Source of the DNA: a virus
Lineage: Duplodnaviria > Caudoviricetes
Strand: one strand, 5' to 3'
IMG/VR virus record: IMGVR_UViG_3300033121_002140
Span: 1-64,000 of that record
Length of the DNA stretch: 64,000 bases
Part shown: piece after piece, positions 44,616 to 53,938 of the stretch
How the letters are laid out: every line of letters begins with the position of its first letter
Position numbering within the stretch: the first letter of the stretch is position 1
Notes under the pieces: model-generated
Seen by the model: the letters and a program-made list of their open reading frames with translations, nothing else
Database searches by the model: none
What the model was told of the DNA's origin: nothing
Position numbers and translations under genes: made by a program

Positions 44616-45361
44616 GTCATCACCGCCCCTCCGACCACGCACTCTCCCTGGGACGTGCCGTGGGTCCACACCCGCAGCCCCCTGTCGATCGTGCAGGAAC
44701 CGCCCACACCGGCAGCACCGCACGCGCTGGCGACGACCACGTTCGCACGCGTCTCCTCAGCGAGGTCGACCCACTGGGCGTCAGGAGTCCCGTCGGGCGC
44801 CTGACCCCTCGAGGTCAGGAGACACAACACGTCCACTGACCCAGGGCCGTAGAACAACGCCTGGTCGGCGACGCCAAAGGGTCGGGACCTGCGCCACGAG
44901 TTCATCGAGTCGCGCCCGACCAGAACGCCCAGCCTTCCCACGGACGTGGCCACGACGGGCACCGGCAGCTCACCGCGCGTCGCCCAAAGGTGGTCCGTGC
45001 CCGCTAGGTTGCGCTTCTGCGCGTTGGCCATGAGTCCCGCAGGACCGAGCAGGGCGGCGGAGCTGTACAGCTTTCCCCTGCACGACTCGACGTACCCGAA
45101 GACGACATGGCAGCCAAACCTGCGCGTCACGCGCAGGAGGCACTGGGTCTGGTGTCCGTCCCTTGCCTGCGCGCAGGCGGAAGCCTCGCGCAGGCTGCCC
45201 ATGAAAGGCCCGACGGTGCATAGCTCTGGGAGCGCGATCACCTGCGCGCCCTTTGCTGCGGCCTCGAACGCGAGCTGCTCGGCCCGCGCCAGGTTGAGGG
45301 ACGCCTCGCCCGGCACGGGTTCGAACTGGACGGCAGCGACCAGGTGGACCCCGGGCGTCAC
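44612..45361 (-). CDS. carbon-nitrogen hydrolase (nitrilase) fold protein lacking the catalytic Cys
   Basis: VAAVQF, ALPEL, YSSAAL, QKRNL present; ICxD reads VGRD. Confidence 0.85.
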   Translation of the reverse strand: MTPGVHLVAAVQFEPVPGEASLNLARAEQLAFEAAAKGAQVIALPELCTVGPFMGSLREASACAQARDGHQTQCLLRVTRRFGCHVVFGYVESCRGKLYSSAALLGPAGLMANAQKRNLAGTDHLWATRGELPVPVVATSVGRLGVLVGRDSMNSWRRSRPFGVADQALFYGPGSVDVLCLLTSRGQAPDGTPDAQWVDLAEETRANVVVASACGAAGVGGSCTIDRGLRVWTHGTSQGECVVGGAVMT

Positions 45362-46584
45362 TCGTCCTCCGCGTCCTCGCTCCAGTCCTTGTAGGACTTC
45401 TGCACGTAGCCCGACAGGAACTCACGGAACGCGTCCAGGCCCGTCAGGGTGTCGAGGTCGTTGGGCAGCTGCGCCAGCTCGGTCTCGAGGTCGGCCAGCA
45501 GCTGCGTCCTGACGAACTCCGGGTAGCCGTCCAGCTCCGCCACCATGCCCGGGTGGTCCTTGAGCAGCTGCACGTCGGCTCCTGCGAGCTCGCCTGAGCC
45601 CTCAAGGTACCTCGCGTACTCGGCCACGCTGTCGGGCAGCAGCTCCTTCATGTCGCGGCCCGTGAGCAGCGCCAGGATCTTCTGGGCCTTCCTGTCGTCG
45701 TTCAGCGACTCGATGAAGTCACGTGCGGCAGTCAGGATCACCAGCTGCGCCTCCTCGGGCATCGCGCCCTCGCCTGACAGGTCGCCGAACATCATCTTGT
45801 GCATGTGACCGAACCTGCGCATCGCACGCGCGGCCATCGCCTGCGCGCCCATGACAGACATGCCCAGTTCCTTGGAAATGTCGCCGAACTCCTGGCCGTC
45901 GTCGCCCTTGGGCACGGACCACTTGCCCTTCTCGCGCTCGGGCTCGTCGTCCTCAGGCGACTCGTCGACCACCTCGTAGCGAGCGCGCGGGTCCTGCTTC
46001 TTGAGCCGTGCCATCCAGTCGTCGGCGGCCTTCCGCGTGTCGAAGGAAGCGTCGGGCTGCGCCTTTCGTGTGCCCTTGGGCGTGAAGCCGTAGACCTTGA
46101 AGGGCTCGTCGTCGAATGCTGACAGGGCGTAGGTGTCAGGCCCGGAGTAACCCAGATCACGACCGGGCATCGCCTCGGCGATCATGCGCCGGACCGCGCG
46201 CCGGACAGCCTCCTCGACCTGAGAATCACCCCGCGTGTTCCTGTCCTGAGCGCCTGCCATCTTGATCCCCCTCATTCGTCCCTCGTCGTCTCCGTCGTTG
46301 TCGCCGATCGCCTGCAGGGCCGCCTGCACCTGCTTGTACAGGCCCGGCACGTCCTCGTCCCCCAGGTCCTGCGTGAGCCTGCTCAGGGCCACCGCGAACT
46401 CGGCCTTGTCCTTGGGCAGGTAGCTCGCGCCCTCAGGACCGTCGACTGCGGTCGTCGGATCGACGACGGAATTGGGCTCGACGGGTGCCGTCGGCCGCGT
46501 GGGTCCAGCGTCGAGGCCATGACCCTCCATCGCCTCCGAGACCAGCTCGCGGAGGGCGGCCCGTGTGAAGGCGATGGGCCTCAT
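45358..46584 (-). CDS. late-class protein with LRELVSE leader and possible HTH
   Basis: FGDISKELGMSVMGAQ HTH-like segment; internal VRRAVRRMIAEA repeat of leader. Confidence 0.75.
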   Translation of the reverse strand: MRPIAFTRAALRELVSEAMEGHGLDAGPTRPTAPVEPNSVVDPTTAVDGPEGASYLPKDKAEFAVALSRLTQDLGDEDVPGLYKQVQAALQAIGDNDGDDEGRMRGIKMAGAQDRNTRGDSQVEEAVRRAVRRMIAEAMPGRDLGYSGPDTYALSAFDDEPFKVYGFTPKGTRKAQPDASFDTRKAADDWMARLKKQDPRARYEVVDESPEDDEPEREKGKWSVPKGDDGQEFGDISKELGMSVMGAQAMAARAMRRFGHMHKMMFGDLSGEGAMPEEAQLVILTAARDFIESLNDDRKAQKILALLTGRDMKELLPDSVAEYARYLEGSGELAGADVQLLKDHPGMVAELDGYPEFVRTQLLADLETELAQLPNDLDTLTGLDAFREFLSGYVQKSYKDWSEDAEDE

Positions 46585-46853
46585 GCCGTGCCCTCGGGGG
46601 CTGCCTGGTCTGCTCGCGAGTCCGTGAGACGACGACCGAAATAGAGCCCGAGGATGGGCACCAGGTAGGCAGAGGCAGAGGCAGGATCGAAGGCCCTGAA
46701 CTCCACCTGACCGACGCGAGCCAGCATCCCGCATGCGTACGCGAGCGTGACGATGAGGAATGCGACGGCTGCGAACGTGAGGGAGGCCGAGGGCCTCCCA
46801 CGCGTGTCTCGGATCCAGATCCTGGAGGTCGTGCTGGCGGACTGCGGGTTCAT
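46581..46853 (-). CDS. two-TM membrane protein, holin-like candidate
   Basis: two TM helices; ATACTTA 6 nt upstream. Confidence 0.65.
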   Translation of the reverse strand: MNPQSASTTSRIWIRDTRGRPSASLTFAAVAFLIVTLAYACGMLARVGQVEFRAFDPASASAYLVPILGLYFGRRLTDSRADQAAPEGTA

Positions 46854-46886
46854 CGTCGGTAAGTATCGGGCGAGCGTCCGCGCGTG

Positions 46887-47234
46887 TCAGTCGTCGACGG
46901 GTCCGTCGAGGTCCTGAGCCTCGTCGTCGCCTTCCTGGATCAAGGCATACAGGCTCTCCTCGTCATGCTCGAAGACGGGATGCCGCACGTCAGACATGCG
47001 CGATGGAGCCTTAGGCTGGAGCGGACCGAGCTTGCGCCTGAGTTTTTCTGCCGCGAGCCTGTCGAGGACGCCCAGGGTCGACCGCCGCCCGCTGACCACC
47101 TCCTCGGCGAAGGCGTCCATCGCCTCCTGAAGGGACAGGTCCCGTCGCAGCAGCTCCTGGCGCAGGGCGGCATGGACGCCGCGCCTGATCTTCAGGTGCA
47201 CGCACTTTCGCTCGAGCGCGACCTCGGAGCGCAT
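46887..47234 (-). CDS. ribbon-helix-helix-like DNA-binding protein
   Basis: KCVHLKI strand followed by helices VHAALRQELLRR and LSLQEAMDAF. Confidence 0.6.
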   Translation of the reverse strand: MRSEVALERKCVHLKIRRGVHAALRQELLRRDLSLQEAMDAFAEEVVSGRRSTLGVLDRLAAEKLRRKLGPLQPKAPSRMSDVRHPVFEHDEESLYALIQEGDDEAQDLDGPVDD

Positions 47235-47896
47235 CAGGCACCCGTGGGCCCCGCGCCGGCGGCGGCCGGGGCCTGGAAGTCGGCCTCACGCTCGTCGTCG
47301 GTCAGCTCCGTGTCGATGCCGTGCTGGTCGGCGAGCGCCGCCTTGACAGCGTCGACCTCCTCAGGCTTTCGCCCCTTCTGCAGGAAGCCCAGGGCGCGCC
47401 GGGCGAGGGTCTGGCGCACGTCGATGACGGTGTCGAAGTTCTCGATCAGGCGGGCCACCATGCCCGCGAACGCGGCAGGATCGAACTCAGCGCCGCCCTC
47501 GTCGTCACCCACGTCGGCTGGGACCTGAGGCACGTCGTCGTCCCCCTCGTCTGCCTCACGCAGCAGGAAACGCCTCGTCATGCCCCTCAGGGAACCGTCG
47601 CGGCCCTCGGCATGGAGCCCCTTGCCAGAAGCCTCCTTCTCGAAACCGATGAGCTGGCGGTCCACCTGCGAGTCCAACGAAGAGCCGTCTGGCATGGAGG
47701 GCTGCTGCTTTCCGCCGGGTTCGTCCTCGTCGTCGCCGGCGTCCTTCTCATCCGTGTCGTCGACCGCGTCGTCGAACAGGTCGTCGCCTCCCTCGTCCTC
47801 GGCGCTGCCCTTTTCGTCCTTGTCCTCGTCCTCGGGTGCCTCGATCAACAGCGCGGCAGCGATGGTCCGGCGCAGCTCCCCCAGCCTGATCTTCAC
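47234..47896 (-). CDS. acidic late-class protein with LRRTIAAALLIE leader
   Basis: GTGA overlap; very acidic; GGAGG RBS. Confidence 0.75.
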   Translation of the reverse strand: MKIRLGELRRTIAAALLIEAPEDEDKDEKGSAEDEGGDDLFDDAVDDTDEKDAGDDEDEPGGKQQPSMPDGSSLDSQVDRQLIGFEKEASGKGLHAEGRDGSLRGMTRRFLLREADEGDDDVPQVPADVGDDEGGAEFDPAAFAGMVARLIENFDTVIDVRQTLARRALGFLQKGRKPEEVDAVKAALADQHGIDTELTDDEREADFQAPAAAGAGPTGA

Positions 47897-48627
47897 TTCA
47901 GTGCCTCCGCGATCTTTTCGGCCTTCGCCATGCGTTCCTCGACCACCTGCCAGTTGATCTCGCGCATCTGCGCGACCACATACGACTGACGGTCGGTCAT
48001 GTAGTCCCGGAAGTACGCGTGCGACCACACGTCGATCACGAGGACTGGGTACAGGCCCAGCATCACGTGCCCGTCATGTCCATCGATCACGGTGTTGACG
48101 TACCGCCTCAGGAAGGTGCTGTAGCCCATGACGACCCAGCCCTCCTGAGCGGCCATCGCGCATGCGATGAAGTCCTGCTGCCAGTCGTCGAACGTGCCCC
48201 AGTCCCTCTCCAGGCGCATGTAGGACTTGGTGTCGGAGTAGATCTGCGAGTGCGGGTCGAAGCAGTTGGCGAAGTAGAGATCATGCAGCCACACTGCGTT
48301 CGCGGAACGCGCCTCCGTGACCTTTAGGTCCCTGAAGGGCGACTTGTCCGGGCCCGAGCCCCCACGGTCCGCGGTGTCGAGCTCGGCGGACGCCTTGTTC
48401 AGGGCCTGCACGTAGCCCTCGTACAGCGCCTTGTGCGCGGCCTTGGTCTTGTCCGAGACCCGTTCCGACACCTGCGGGAACGTCTTCGCCTGCGCGACGT
48501 AGGACTCGTCCAGGCCTTGCGCCCGGGGAGCGACGCCCGCCTGCTGGAGCGACAGCTGCACGATCCTGTCGATGTTGAGGCCTGCCAGGGTCTGATCAGT
48601 CTTCGCCTCGCTCATCTTCATCAGCAT
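47893..48627 (-). CDS. Fe/Mn superoxide dismutase-like protein (atypical)
   Basis: H..LYEGY, LHDLYF, W..F, GWVV, IDVWSHAY (canonical DxWEHAY). Confidence 0.85.
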   Translation of the reverse strand: MLMKMSEAKTDQTLAGLNIDRIVQLSLQQAGVAPRAQGLDESYVAQAKTFPQVSERVSDKTKAAHKALYEGYVQALNKASAELDTADRGGSGPDKSPFRDLKVTEARSANAVWLHDLYFANCFDPHSQIYSDTKSYMRLERDWGTFDDWQQDFIACAMAAQEGWVVMGYSTFLRRYVNTVIDGHDGHVMLGLYPVLVIDVWSHAYFRDYMTDRQSYVVAQMREINWQVVEERMAKAEKIAEALK

Positions 48628-49256
48628 GACTCCTCTTTCTGAAGGTATCGCCAGGCGAAGCCTCCTGAGCTCCTGATGACACCACGCGCTGCGGCAGCCA
48701 CGGTAGTCTTTTCGAAGCCATCAGCCTGCACCGCAGTCACAGATGGATAAACTTGCAGCACAGCTCCCGTGGCAGGATCGCATCGTGCGACACGTTTGTG
48801 ATGAGCACGTCTACTTGCCTCGATGATCTTTTGGCGTTTTTCGGGAGCCAGCACAGCCATCGCACGTCGCACGTTTGTGCACGCTTCAACTGTGAACTTT
48901 CGGCCCCGGCGCGATTGCGACATCCGCTGCCGTGCTTCCAAGGAGAATTTTCGGCCAGTCATCACGCCGTCGCCACCGATCGTGCTATTGTAGCCCAGCT
49001 CGCCCATCGACCGCAGCCGTGCGATCCACTCACGTTCTGCGTGCTTGACCTGCTCAGGCGTGCCGCAGATCTCGAGCACCTCGTGCTTCCAGCATCCAGG
49101 ACCGTGCAGCGCGATGGCTCTGTGAAAATGACACTTGGAACCCTGCCTTGCAAGCTTGGCGTGACGCATCCAACGCCGCAGCATTGTGAACGACGTCATA
49201 CCGACGTACGACTTGCCATTGAGCACGTTCACGTGCCTGTACACGATGCAGGGCAT
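48621..49256 (-). CDS. GIY-YIG homing endonuclease with NUMOD3/NUMOD1-like tail
   Basis: IVYRHVN...YVGMT, RW..H, FHRAI, GYNSTIGGDG, YPSVTAV. Confidence 0.9.
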   Translation of the reverse strand: MPCIVYRHVNVLNGKSYVGMTSFTMLRRWMRHAKLARQGSKCHFHRAIALHGPGCWKHEVLEICGTPEQVKHAEREWIARLRSMGELGYNSTIGGDGVMTGRKFSLEARQRMSQSRRGRKFTVEACTNVRRAMAVLAPEKRQKIIEASRRAHHKRVARCDPATGAVLQVYPSVTAVQADGFEKTTVAAAARGVIRSSGGFAWRYLQKEESC

Positions 49257-49534
49257 CACGACAGCTCGTATTCTTGCTCGAGCTCTCCGTTGTGAACGAG
49301 GAACTTTTTGCCCTCGGGGGTACGCAGGATCGTGTCCTTGGTCCCCACCGAATCGACCGTGTAGAGCAGACCCGTCTTCTTGTGTCGCAGCTTCAGGCCT
49401 GCCGACAGCACGTTGCGCTGGCCGCCGTCCTTGGTGCCAAACACGACGTCGACGTCCTTGGCGAGCTCCGCCAGACGCCTGGCATGCTCCTCCTTGAACG
49501 CCTGGACGACGTCCGCCTCCGTCAGGGTCCTCAT
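49256..49534 (-). CDS. hypothetical phage protein (SH3-like C-terminus)
   Basis: GLKLRHKKTGLLYTVDSV; GGAGG RBS. Confidence 0.75.
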   Translation of the reverse strand: MRTLTEADVVQAFKEEHARRLAELAKDVDVVFGTKDGGQRNVLSAGLKLRHKKTGLLYTVDSVGTKDTILRTPEGKKFLVHNGELEQEYELS

Positions 49535-50013
49535 CGCCGCCTCCTGCCCTGCCCACGCAGGGCGTCGATGTCAGCGTAGGTGTCCTCGCGTGACTGTCCG
49601 GCGGCATGACCCGCGGCCCATGTCTCCGCTTCCCGCTCAGCCGCGTTCTCCGCGCTCCAGGGCTCGTCCGCGTCCGTCTCCCGGCGCCAGGGTCCAGGCG
49701 CGCCCGATCCTTTGTTCGGGTTCCAGTGCCTGTCATAGTAGGCCTTCGCGGACGCCTTGAGGTCATCCAGCCCAGCAGGCCTGACCTGCCGCACCTCGGC
49801 CGCAGGAGCGTCGGCATCGACGGGTTCGGCGACGCCGTTCTTGACGCCGCGGGCGTACGCCCGAGCCAGCTTCTCCGCGCTGTCTCCGCCGAAGACCCGG
49901 GGTTTGCCCGGCGTGCCGTCCTTTTCCGTGAACGTGACCTGCCAGGACGTCTCAGAGAGACGCATCAGCTCTCTTCGCACGAAAGACCGCAGCTCATTGA
50001 CCGACGATCGCAT
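49531..50013 (-). CDS. late-class protein with LRSFVRRELMRLSE leader
   Basis: ATAGTTA 6 nt upstream of ATG 50013. Confidence 0.7.
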   Translation of the reverse strand: MRSSVNELRSFVRRELMRLSETSWQVTFTEKDGTPGKPRVFGGDSAEKLARAYARGVKNGVAEPVDADAPAAEVRQVRPAGLDDLKASAKAYYDRHWNPNKGSGAPGPWRRETDADEPWSAENAAEREAETWAAGHAAGQSREDTYADIDALRGQGRRRR

Positions 50014-50022
50014 CGTCACTAA

Positions 50023-50796
50023 CTATGCGCGGGTCGCCCAGCCCGGTCGCTCAGGGTCCTCGCGCCACGGCCCAGTGCCCAGCAGCGAACCCCAGGCGGG
50101 TAGGTCCTGCCTGCCCTCCATCAAGAGCCTTGCGACAGCCAGGAACATGGCCTCGGCACGCTCAGGCTCCCAGGGCACGATGGGCAGGTCCTCATAGGGT
50201 GGGATCTTGGTGTGCGCGTAGCGGTGGCTGCCCGGTCCTGGGCCCATGACGTACATGAACTCTGTGCTGAGCATGCGCTTGTCGGCCAGCTTCACGTCGC
50301 CCGGCTCGTCGAGCCGCAGCCTGAAGGCCTTCCTGATGGTCCACATGGCACGGCGCTCGAAGTGCTTGTAGGCCTCGAACATGCCCGATACCTTGAGCGG
50401 CGCGGGTAGGTCCACCAGGTAGGCCTCGCTCGCGTCGTGCAGCAGACCCTCGAGCGCCAGGTCCTTGGGCAGGACCAGCGCGATCAGGACGGAGTGCTGC
50501 GCGACGCTGTAATGACGCTTGGTGTGGCCCGTGAACCTGCACTGGTTGGCCAACGCATGCGCGATGTCGTCGATCACAACCTCGACAGGATCAGGCCTGC
50601 ACGGATGGAAGGCCCGACCCGTGAAGGTCTGGATCCAGTCCATGCCATCGGTGACTGTGAGCTCGAATTGACGGCACCATGAGCACTTGCATGCGTGGCT
50701 CCTGTGCAGCGAGCCCACCTCGCACGGATCACCGCAGGACTCGCACCTGCCAAGGTCCTTGGGACACCAGGGACCTGCCGACATCGAGACGTTCAT
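50023..50796 (-). CDS. HD-domain 5'-deoxynucleotidase (YfbR-like, phage type)
   Basis: IQTFTG, DIAHALANQCRFTGH, YSVAQHS, LLHDASEAY..D. Confidence 0.9.
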   Translation of the reverse strand: MNVSMSAGPWCPKDLGRCESCGDPCEVGSLHRSHACKCSWCRQFELTVTDGMDWIQTFTGRAFHPCRPDPVEVVIDDIAHALANQCRFTGHTKRHYSVAQHSVLIALVLPKDLALEGLLHDASEAYLVDLPAPLKVSGMFEAYKHFERRAMWTIRKAFRLRLDEPGDVKLADKRMLSTEFMYVMGPGPGSHRYAHTKIPPYEDLPIVPWEPERAEAMFLAVARLLMEGRQDLPAWGSLLGTGPWREDPERPGWATRA

Positions 50797-51395
50797 CACT
50801 GGACCTCCTCGCTCGTGGCAGGCTCGTCGCCGATCCTGATGGATGGATGGCATGCCCAGCACCTGGGCTCGTACGTCTCCGACCCACCCACTTCGATCTC
50901 GGTCGACGACCGTGACGGTCCTGTCCGTTTCATCGTGTACCTGGCGTCACCCTTGCATGCAGCACACACGGAAGTCAGCTTCTCGATCCGAGTGGCCCAG
51001 GGCAACGCGGTCTGCACCTCCGTGAACGGCATGCCCGATGCCGACAGGTCCAACGACGACACTGCCACCGAGATGCCAGACTTGAAGGCCTCGATCAAGG
51101 CAGCGCCCCCGCCCGGCACCATGAAGAGCTCGTCCACCGCGATGGCATGAGGCGGCGTGGGTGCCGCCAGGACAGCTTCCAGGATCTCGAGGCCCGTCCT
51201 GACCGGCACCGCCGACGTGCGCCAGCCGCTGTGCGTGACGACGCTGTCATGGGCGTACCTGTCGTCGATCCTGGGCTTGAAGACAATGACGGTCCTGCCC
51301 TGGTGCCTGTAGCGATCGATCGCTGCCAGCAGCGCAGAGGACTTGCCTGACCACATCGGTCCCGTCCACACCACGAACTCAGGGGAGCTTCGCAC
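50796..51395 (-). CDS. tdk: thymidine kinase
   Basis: GPMWSGKS, FKPRIDDRY, VDELF, KLTSVCAAC, IEVGGSETYEPRCWAC; AGGAG RBS. Confidence 0.95.
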   Translation of the reverse strand: MRSSPEFVVWTGPMWSGKSSALLAAIDRYRHQGRTVIVFKPRIDDRYAHDSVVTHSGWRTSAVPVRTGLEILEAVLAAPTPPHAIAVDELFMVPGGGAALIEAFKSGISVAVSSLDLSASGMPFTEVQTALPWATRIEKLTSVCAACKGDARYTMKRTGPSRSSTEIEVGGSETYEPRCWACHPSIRIGDEPATSEEVQ

Positions 51396-51403
51396 GTTTT
51401 CTC

Positions 51404-51631
51404 CTAACACGCTGCAGCCACGGTGTTTTTCGCGGCTGCGAGGTGCAGCGCGGCCACGACCTTCTTGCCCAGCACGTGTCCGCACCGCCTGCACAGGCGC
51501 GAGCCGCCGTCGATCCGTTCGAGGTCTTCGAGTCCACACAGGCCACGGCACTCGCAGGCGGCGCCTGCGATCATGGGCAGAAACCTGAGCAGGCGCCTGA
51601 GGCGACGACGGGCACGGGCCTGGGCGCTCAT
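51404..51631 (-). CDS. small Zn-binding protein
   Basis: CECRGLC...LCRRC. Confidence 0.55.
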   Translation of the reverse strand: MSAQARARRRLRRLLRFLPMIAGAACECRGLCGLEDLERIDGGSRLCRRCGHVLGKKVVAALHLAAAKNTVAAAC

Positions 51632-52368
51632 GCGCCCTCCCAGAAGAGCTCGAGGCTCTTGCCGCGGCTGTGCTTGCCCCGCCGGCTCGTGACGCGCGTG
51701 CCAAATTCCTTGAAGGGCAACCAATCCGGTCTCAGGCCTGTCTTCTTGCACGCTGCCTCGCACACGATCAGGTGGTCTTTCCTCGCCACGATCGCCGCCG
51801 CGAGCCGCCCGTAGTCGAGCGGGGGCTGGCCGTAGCGGTAGTTGTGCTGGTACGGTGGGTCGACGAACCATGTCGCGGCCAGGTCGAACGTCTCGATGAG
51901 GCTCGTGCCGTCGATGTCGTCGCAGAACTGCCAGTGCTTGACGGCACCGATCTCCTCGGCGACCCGCGCGCGCGTGTTCGCGGTCCACTGACCGGGCCTG
52001 TTGCCCCATGGACTGATGGTCCAGCAATCGCCCACGTTGTTCGTGCGCTGCCATGACTTCAGGAGCAGGGCCTGTCCCTGCGACAGGCCCAGGGTCCTGA
52101 TGTCGGTGCCCGCAGGCACGCCGAGCGGGATCTCACGCACGTCCTGGTCCGTTGCCTCGCGGATCAGCCATGGCCACAGCGCGACCAGGTTCTTCTCACG
52201 TTCGCACAGCACGACCCCGAGCTCGCTGTGCCGCAGAGCGTACGCGGCACCGCCCGCGTAGGGCTCGACGAGCACCTCATGCTTGGGCGCAGGCAGGACC
52301 CGGCTCGAGAGCCACTTGCTGCCGAACCACTTGAACAGCGGGCCTGTCACCCTCGACCGTGCGTTCAC
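51628..52368 (-). CDS. D12/Dam-class N6-adenine DNA methyltransferase-like
   Basis: FKWFGSK, VEPYAGGAA (motif I), FVDPPY (motif IV). Confidence 0.8.
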   Translation of the reverse strand: MNARSRVTGPLFKWFGSKWLSSRVLPAPKHEVLVEPYAGGAAYALRHSELGVVLCEREKNLVALWPWLIREATDQDVREIPLGVPAGTDIRTLGLSQGQALLLKSWQRTNNVGDCWTISPWGNRPGQWTANTRARVAEEIGAVKHWQFCDDIDGTSLIETFDLAATWFVDPPYQHNYRYGQPPLDYGRLAAAIVARKDHLIVCEAACKKTGLRPDWLPFKEFGTRVTSRRGKHSRGKSLELFWEGA

Positions 52369-52661
52369 TTGGTGGGCACCTGGTCCGTGAGCTTCAGACG
52401 GTCACCCGGCCACCAGGCCGGGGGCACGACAGCGCCCACCTCGACCTGCAGGCCGTCGATCGCCGTGTGCCGCACGACCAGGTGCCAGCCCAACAGCACC
52501 TTGATCCGGGCCCAAAAGGGCAGCACGTACGTGAATGTCATCATCCTGTGCACGCTCGGGCCATCGTCGTCCGTCTCTGCCGGCAGTCTCACCTGCACGT
52601 GGTGCGACCCGCTCTCCGTGTACCATGCCCTGTGACCAGAGATCTCATGAAACCTGTGCAT
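52365..52661 (-). CDS. hypothetical protein
   Basis: operon context with overlaps. Confidence 0.6.
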   Translation of the reverse strand: MHRFHEISGHRAWYTESGSHHVQVRLPAETDDDGPSVHRMMTFTYVLPFWARIKVLLGWHLVVRHTAIDGLQVEVGAVVPPAWWPGDRLKLTDQVPTK

Positions 52662-53094
52662 GTGTGCCTCCGTCCGGGTTTTCCGGCGTTTTTCCTGACC
52701 TTGCGGCGTCCCGCAGCGCCATCAACATGCGTCCGAGCCAGTTGTGGCCCACTCCTCGACACACGCCGAAATGACGGTCCCCCCACCAGTTCGTCTCGAC
52801 CAGCTCGGCGTCCTGCGTCAGCAGCAGCGCCTCGAGCAGGCCTGGATCGGAGAACTTCCGGAGGAGGCAGGCCCACATGACGGCGTTTTTCGTGGAGTCC
52901 CAGTCAGGACGCAGCACTGCGTGCCGTCCACGGGCTCGTGCCTCCCTGGCCGTGGGTGCCGACATGATCCAGGCGCGCTGGTCCGGGTCAAGGGTCTTCT
53001 CGGCCTGGTAGTGGTGCTCGACGCAGTAACCGTCGTCGGCCACGTGGAAGTTGGAAAGGAACCGGAACGCGCCCCTGAAGCCGTCGATCCTCAT
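52645..53094 (-). CDS. NADAR (YbiA-like) ADP-ribosyl hydrolase family protein
   Basis: FLSNF, VEHHYQAEK, RPDWD, LLRKF, LVE...DRHFG...G.NWLGRMLMALR. Confidence 0.92.
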   Translation of the reverse strand: MRIDGFRGAFRFLSNFHVADDGYCVEHHYQAEKTLDPDQRAWIMSAPTAREARARGRHAVLRPDWDSTKNAVMWACLLRKFSDPGLLEALLLTQDAELVETNWWGDRHFGVCRGVGHNWLGRMLMALRDAARSGKTPENPDGGTHAQVS

Positions 53095-53657
53095 GGGCTC
53101 CTCCGTTTTCGTGTCGAGAGCACGTCAAACGGCCCACGCACCACGACGTTGTAGTGCTCGGCCGCGGCCAGGGCCAACAACAACCTCCTCCGTGGGGGCA
53201 CGTCGAGCCCGGAGAGGGCGTGAAGGGCACCCAGGGCGAGCGGCTCGCCCAGACCGATCGCGATGAAACCCTCAGGCGCACGTGTGACCTGCATGTTAGG
53301 CTCCATCCTGTGGAGGACGCCGTGCCAACCGATCAGCAGCCCAGTGCCGCGCTCTGCCATGCAGGTCCTGTCGTCCCGCAGGGCCTTCCTGACGGATCGC
53401 GCGAACGTTGTCGCCAGGTGCGCGGTCAGGCCCTGGTCGGTGCCTCGGTACGCGGGCAGCTCGACCTCATGGCGCAGCAGTTGTCCGATCCGAAAAGACC
53501 CGCAGAAGCCCAGCAGGAAGCCTGAGCGCATGAAGACCTTGGGCTCACCCCACACGAACGAGGTCGCGCCCAGGCCTGTGCGGCTCCTGTGCACCGCGGC
53601 CCTGTCGCCTGCCATGTAGACCCTGCCCTCGTGCTCAAGACCGACCACGCATGTCAT
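53091..53657 (-). CDS. proteasome-beta / HslV-like Thr peptidase
   Basis: M-TCVVG N-terminal Thr, MAGD, PKVF, GFCGS, AIGxG. Confidence 0.8.
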   Translation of the reverse strand: MTCVVGLEHEGRVYMAGDRAAVHRSRTGLGATSFVWGEPKVFMRSGFLLGFCGSFRIGQLLRHEVELPAYRGTDQGLTAHLATTFARSVRKALRDDRTCMAERGTGLLIGWHGVLHRMEPNMQVTRAPEGFIAIGLGEPLALGALHALSGLDVPPRRRLLLALAAAEHYNVVVRGPFDVLSTRKRRSP

Positions 53658-53938
53658 GCCGTGACCTCCTCTTCGTCTCCAATCCTGATCACCCTGAAGG
53701 CCCAGCCCGCCGGGATCGCGAGGACGAGTGCGGCGGGATCGCGGGCCCTGAGCTCGTCCATGACGTCCCTGAGTCCCGTCTCCATGATCTCACGTGTGGT
53801 CTGCTGCGGCTCGTATTGAAACAGCAGGACGGTGCCCACGCCGTCCGGTATCTCGAAGCGCTCGATGTTGCCACGGCGGGCGGGCAGCTCTTCCCAGGTC
53901 TCGAAGACCCGCAGGATCTTATCGTGTGAACTTTGCAT
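53654..53938 (-). CDS. hypothetical protein
   Basis: operon context; natural composition. Confidence 0.65.
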   Translation of the reverse strand: MQSSHDKILRVFETWEELPARRGNIERFEIPDGVGTVLLFQYEPQQTTREIMETGLRDVMDELRARDPAALVLAIPAGWAFRVIRIGDEEEVTA

